DNA of 47,218 nucleotides from Emiliania huxleyi CCMP1516. Taxonomy: Eukaryota. Both the position numbers and the translations under genes were made by a program. Location of the stretch: contig NW_005201259.1 in the NCBI RefSeq assembly GCF_000372725.1, positions 353,949-401,166 on the forward strand, read 5' to 3'. Positions 44,391-47,218 of this stretch are shown here, piece by piece. The stretch's first letter is position 1. Every line of letters begins with the position of its first letter. The notes beneath the pieces are model-generated. The model was not told the DNA's origin. It did no database searches and saw only the letters and a program-made list of their open reading frames with translations.

Positions 44391-45342
44391 CAAGCGACTA
44401 CAGAGGTCTCGGCAAAGGAGGCACGCGCCAACATCAGGGCTCTCAACAAAAACTTGGAGAAACAGGTGCAGAGGCGGCAGTGGAGTTGAGTGAGGTGTGA
44501 GTATGTCTGGAGAAGAATATGGAAGTGTGTTTGTGGGGATAGAGGGAGGGGACCGTGAGTTGAGGAAATCGGAGGACGCGACCCACCTCGCCACAGACGG
44601 TCCCGCGCCTCGCCGCTAAGTTTGCGGCACGCCCCGCACCGCCCGCTGTGCCGCGTTTTTTGTCCGGAGTGAAAAGTCCAACGCGCTCGTCGGTGACGGT
44701 GTCCTCCAACCTGCGCCGCGCTCGGCGAACCTCGACAGCGCCTTCGATGGCATGCAGCTCTTTGCGTCAGAAGCCTGGAGAGCAGCTCCTCGGCTGCTCA
44801 CACGCTCTGCACAGTTGACACAGCCTACTGTGCGGCTACCACAGCTGTGACAGCGATGGGCTCGCCCTCACTGGCCCTCAGTCACTTGTGCTGCGGCTTG
44901 TGTGAGCGACACTGCTCGGCGACTGCCGGCACACTGTGAGACCATGGGTGTGAGGTAAAACCACGCTACCAGCGCTTGGTCACATCGGCCCCGAGGTCAG
45001 ATCCTTCTACTCTGTTAGTGACAAGACTTGTCTACTCGCTGGAGCCGAGCAGGAGGGCCAGGCGCACAACCCCTGGTCAACTCACGGTCCACACCCCGTA
45101 GGTGGAGGATAATACGAAAGACAGAAACAGCAACCAAGGTAGGGATGGGAGCACGGGTGCACGGCACGCCGCCACCGCACATGGTGGAGGGGAAAAGGAA
45201 GGAAGAAATTTCTCTTTGAGGCACGCCGAAGCTCGTGTGCATCTCCTGTTTGGATGCCCCTGTGCCGTGCCGCCATGTGCATGCCTCTCTCTACACTCAC
45301 TCTAGTCTGGCAAAGGAGACGCGGCCGACTGGAGACCCGCGG

Positions 45343-45347
<5 letters not shown>

Positions 45348-45423
<76 letters not shown>
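45348..45423. repeat. (GA)n microsatellite; others at 34702-34830 (CT), 46349-46411 (GA), 35830-35902 (CA/CAC)
   Basis: Direct reading. Confidence 0.95.
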
Positions 45424-45425
<2 letters not shown>

Positions 45426-45861
45426 ACTGGGGGGGGGGCGGGGGATCCTGGGGGCCCAGAGAGGGAAAGGGGGGCCGGTCATTTAATTTTTTTTGTTGGG
45501 TGGGGAGAAAAAACAAACGGGACCCAACGGGTGGGAAACCCAAAGGGGTTTGGGGTGGCCCCAAGAAGGGGAAACACCGTTCCCCTTCGGGCGCTGACAC
45601 CCCAAAAACCCCTTAGACAAAACCACCCCCGGGCCAAAAGGGGAGGTCGCCCACCATTCCGGGGGGGGAAACTCCCCCNNNNNNNNNNNNNNNNNNNNNN
45701 NNNNNNNNNNNNNNNNNNNNNNNNNNNNNNNNNNNNNNNNNNNNNNNNNNNNNNNNNNNNNNNNNNNNNNNNNNNNNNATGTCTAAGTGAGAGGCAGCGA
45801 GCGCCCTCTCTCGCGGTTGGGGGGGGGGAGAGAGAGGGAGAGAGAGGGAGAGAGAGAGGGA

Positions 45862-46345
45862 GATTGATTGATTGATGGGAAGGCGAAACACAGTCCGACC
45901 AACGACTGGGACACCAACGCGGTATGGGTGGACGCAGGACGGGCGATGACGGTCACACAGGAGCGACACACAGAACCACAAGACAAGACACTCAGCCAAA
46001 CTGACTGCCACACATCCTGAGCGAACTTCCCTAGTCACCCGCGGCCGGACTCCATCCGGCACGCGTCGCTGGGCGCTCAGAGCCGCGTCCCCTGCTCGCC
46101 ACCCCGCGACGCCCAAGGCGCCCGAGCGAACGACAGGCGGCACGCGAAGACTGGTTGCAATCCCGCCGACCGCCAGGCCGCGGGATGATGCGTGCGTGGT
46201 CTTGTAGTGGGTCTCGGAAGCTCTCCTCTCGGGCTAGGAGCCAGCCCCTCTCCCTTGCCCCCGGAACACTGTGTCCGAGTCGAGGCGTGTGCTTGCTGGT
46301 CGACGGCCGCGCGCGGTTGGCATTGTGACGAAGGTTGCGCGCGGC
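45862..46345 (-). mobile_element. Truncated retroposon with (ATCA)n tail inside a (TC)n tract
   Basis: Homologous to 12929-13329 and to the 32-nt stub at 13389-13420 (gactgtgttWcgccttccYatcaatcaatc). GA-rich repeats on both flanks. Confidence 0.7.
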
Positions 46346-46405
<60 letters not shown>

Positions 46406-46454
46406 AGAGAGAAAACCGGCGATTTCTTTCTTCATGCGACATTTTCCGCTGAAG

Positions 46455-47218
46455 ATGCAGCTCGCGTCCAGGCGAGGGCTGGCCACGCTGTTGCTCTTGG
46501 CGGGCGCGCTTCAGGCGAGGGCATTGCAGGCGGGGGCGTGGCCTGCGCCGGCGCCGCAGCGCAGCAGACGCGCTGGCGCACCGGTGCTGCAGCAGCCGCC
46601 TATTGGCGCGGAGCCGGGCAGCGGCGGTGCTGCAGCGGCAGAGCCGGCCGGGAGCAGCGTGGTGGCGCTGGCGCCGTCGCTGCCGCCGGCGCGGGGCCCA
46701 GCGTCGGGGGAGTGGCAGCTCGACTTCTACTCGCGCCCGGTGCAGGGCGCAGACGGCAAGAAGCTGTGGGAGCTGCTCGTGACGGACTCGGCCGGCAGCT
46801 TTTACCACGCCGAGGCGGTGCCGTCCAACTGCGTCAACTCGCGCGAGCTGCGCAAGCGGGTGCAGGCGCTCATCGACGCTTCTGCTGTCAAGCCGCGCGC
46901 CATCCGCTTCTTCCGCGCGCAGGCGAGACACGCAGCGAGACACGTCTGTCGGTCCGGAAGAGCGCTCTCGCTCACTCCACCTCGCTCGCGCCTCGCGCCT
47001 CGCCCCTCACCCTGTCCCTCGGCATCGCCCCTCGCCATTCGCCCCTCGACCCGGCCCTCAGCTGCTCAGCGCCTCCCCTCCCCTCTGCCCCTCCGCAGAT
47101 GAAGAACATGCTCTCCATCGCCCTCTCTGACTTGGGCGCGCGCACACCACAGCGGCCCTCCCTCCCTCCCATCCTCCCTCCCATCCTCCCTCCCATCCTC
47201 CCTCCCATCCTCCCTCCC
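46455..47218 (+). CDS. tab2: Tab2/ATAB2 plastid RNA-binding protein with bipartite targeting leader (partial; exons 46455-46922, 47099-47135, continues off window)
   Basis: EWQLDFYSRPV..DGKKLWELLVTD, VPSNCVNSRELR, PRAIRFFRAQ|MKNMLSIAL. Hydrophobic signal peptide followed by an Ala/Arg/Pro-rich transit-like region. Confidence 0.92.

Overview
GC-rich, intron-containing eukaryotic draft sequence with five N gaps. The GC-AG introns filled with 10-11 bp tandem repeats, the multi-AP2 and HET-LRR genes, a selenoprotein and a Tab2 gene with a signal peptide point to a haptophyte, most likely Emiliania (Gephyrocapsa) huxleyi (inference). Recognisable genes: Asp/Glu-racemase-like protein, 3xAP2 factor, frameshifted OTU protease, DDE-transposase-like fragment, HET/TIR-like+LRR protein, TM9SF nonaspanin, Brinker-type HTH/poly-Q factor, CocE/NonD hydrolase, a thioredoxin(UxxC)-hemerythrin selenoprotein with a 3'UTR SECIS, an OPR/RAP pseudogene and Tab2. 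Intergenic DNA is crowded with 5'-truncated CRE-like (RLE) non-LTR retroelements and their microsatellite-tailed 3' ends, several with visible target-site duplications. Best leads: (1) many introns begin with, or contain, a near-copy of the adjacent exon plus a 10-11-mer repeat filler, suggesting an intron-gain mechanism that would explain GC donors; (2) a hidden Sec-thioredoxin-hemerythrin fusion with an atypical SECIS; (3) a ~41-bp-period palindromic hairpin array with compensatory changes lying downstream of an OTU gene and a transposase fragment. All domain calls are by eye from motifs; no searches were run.
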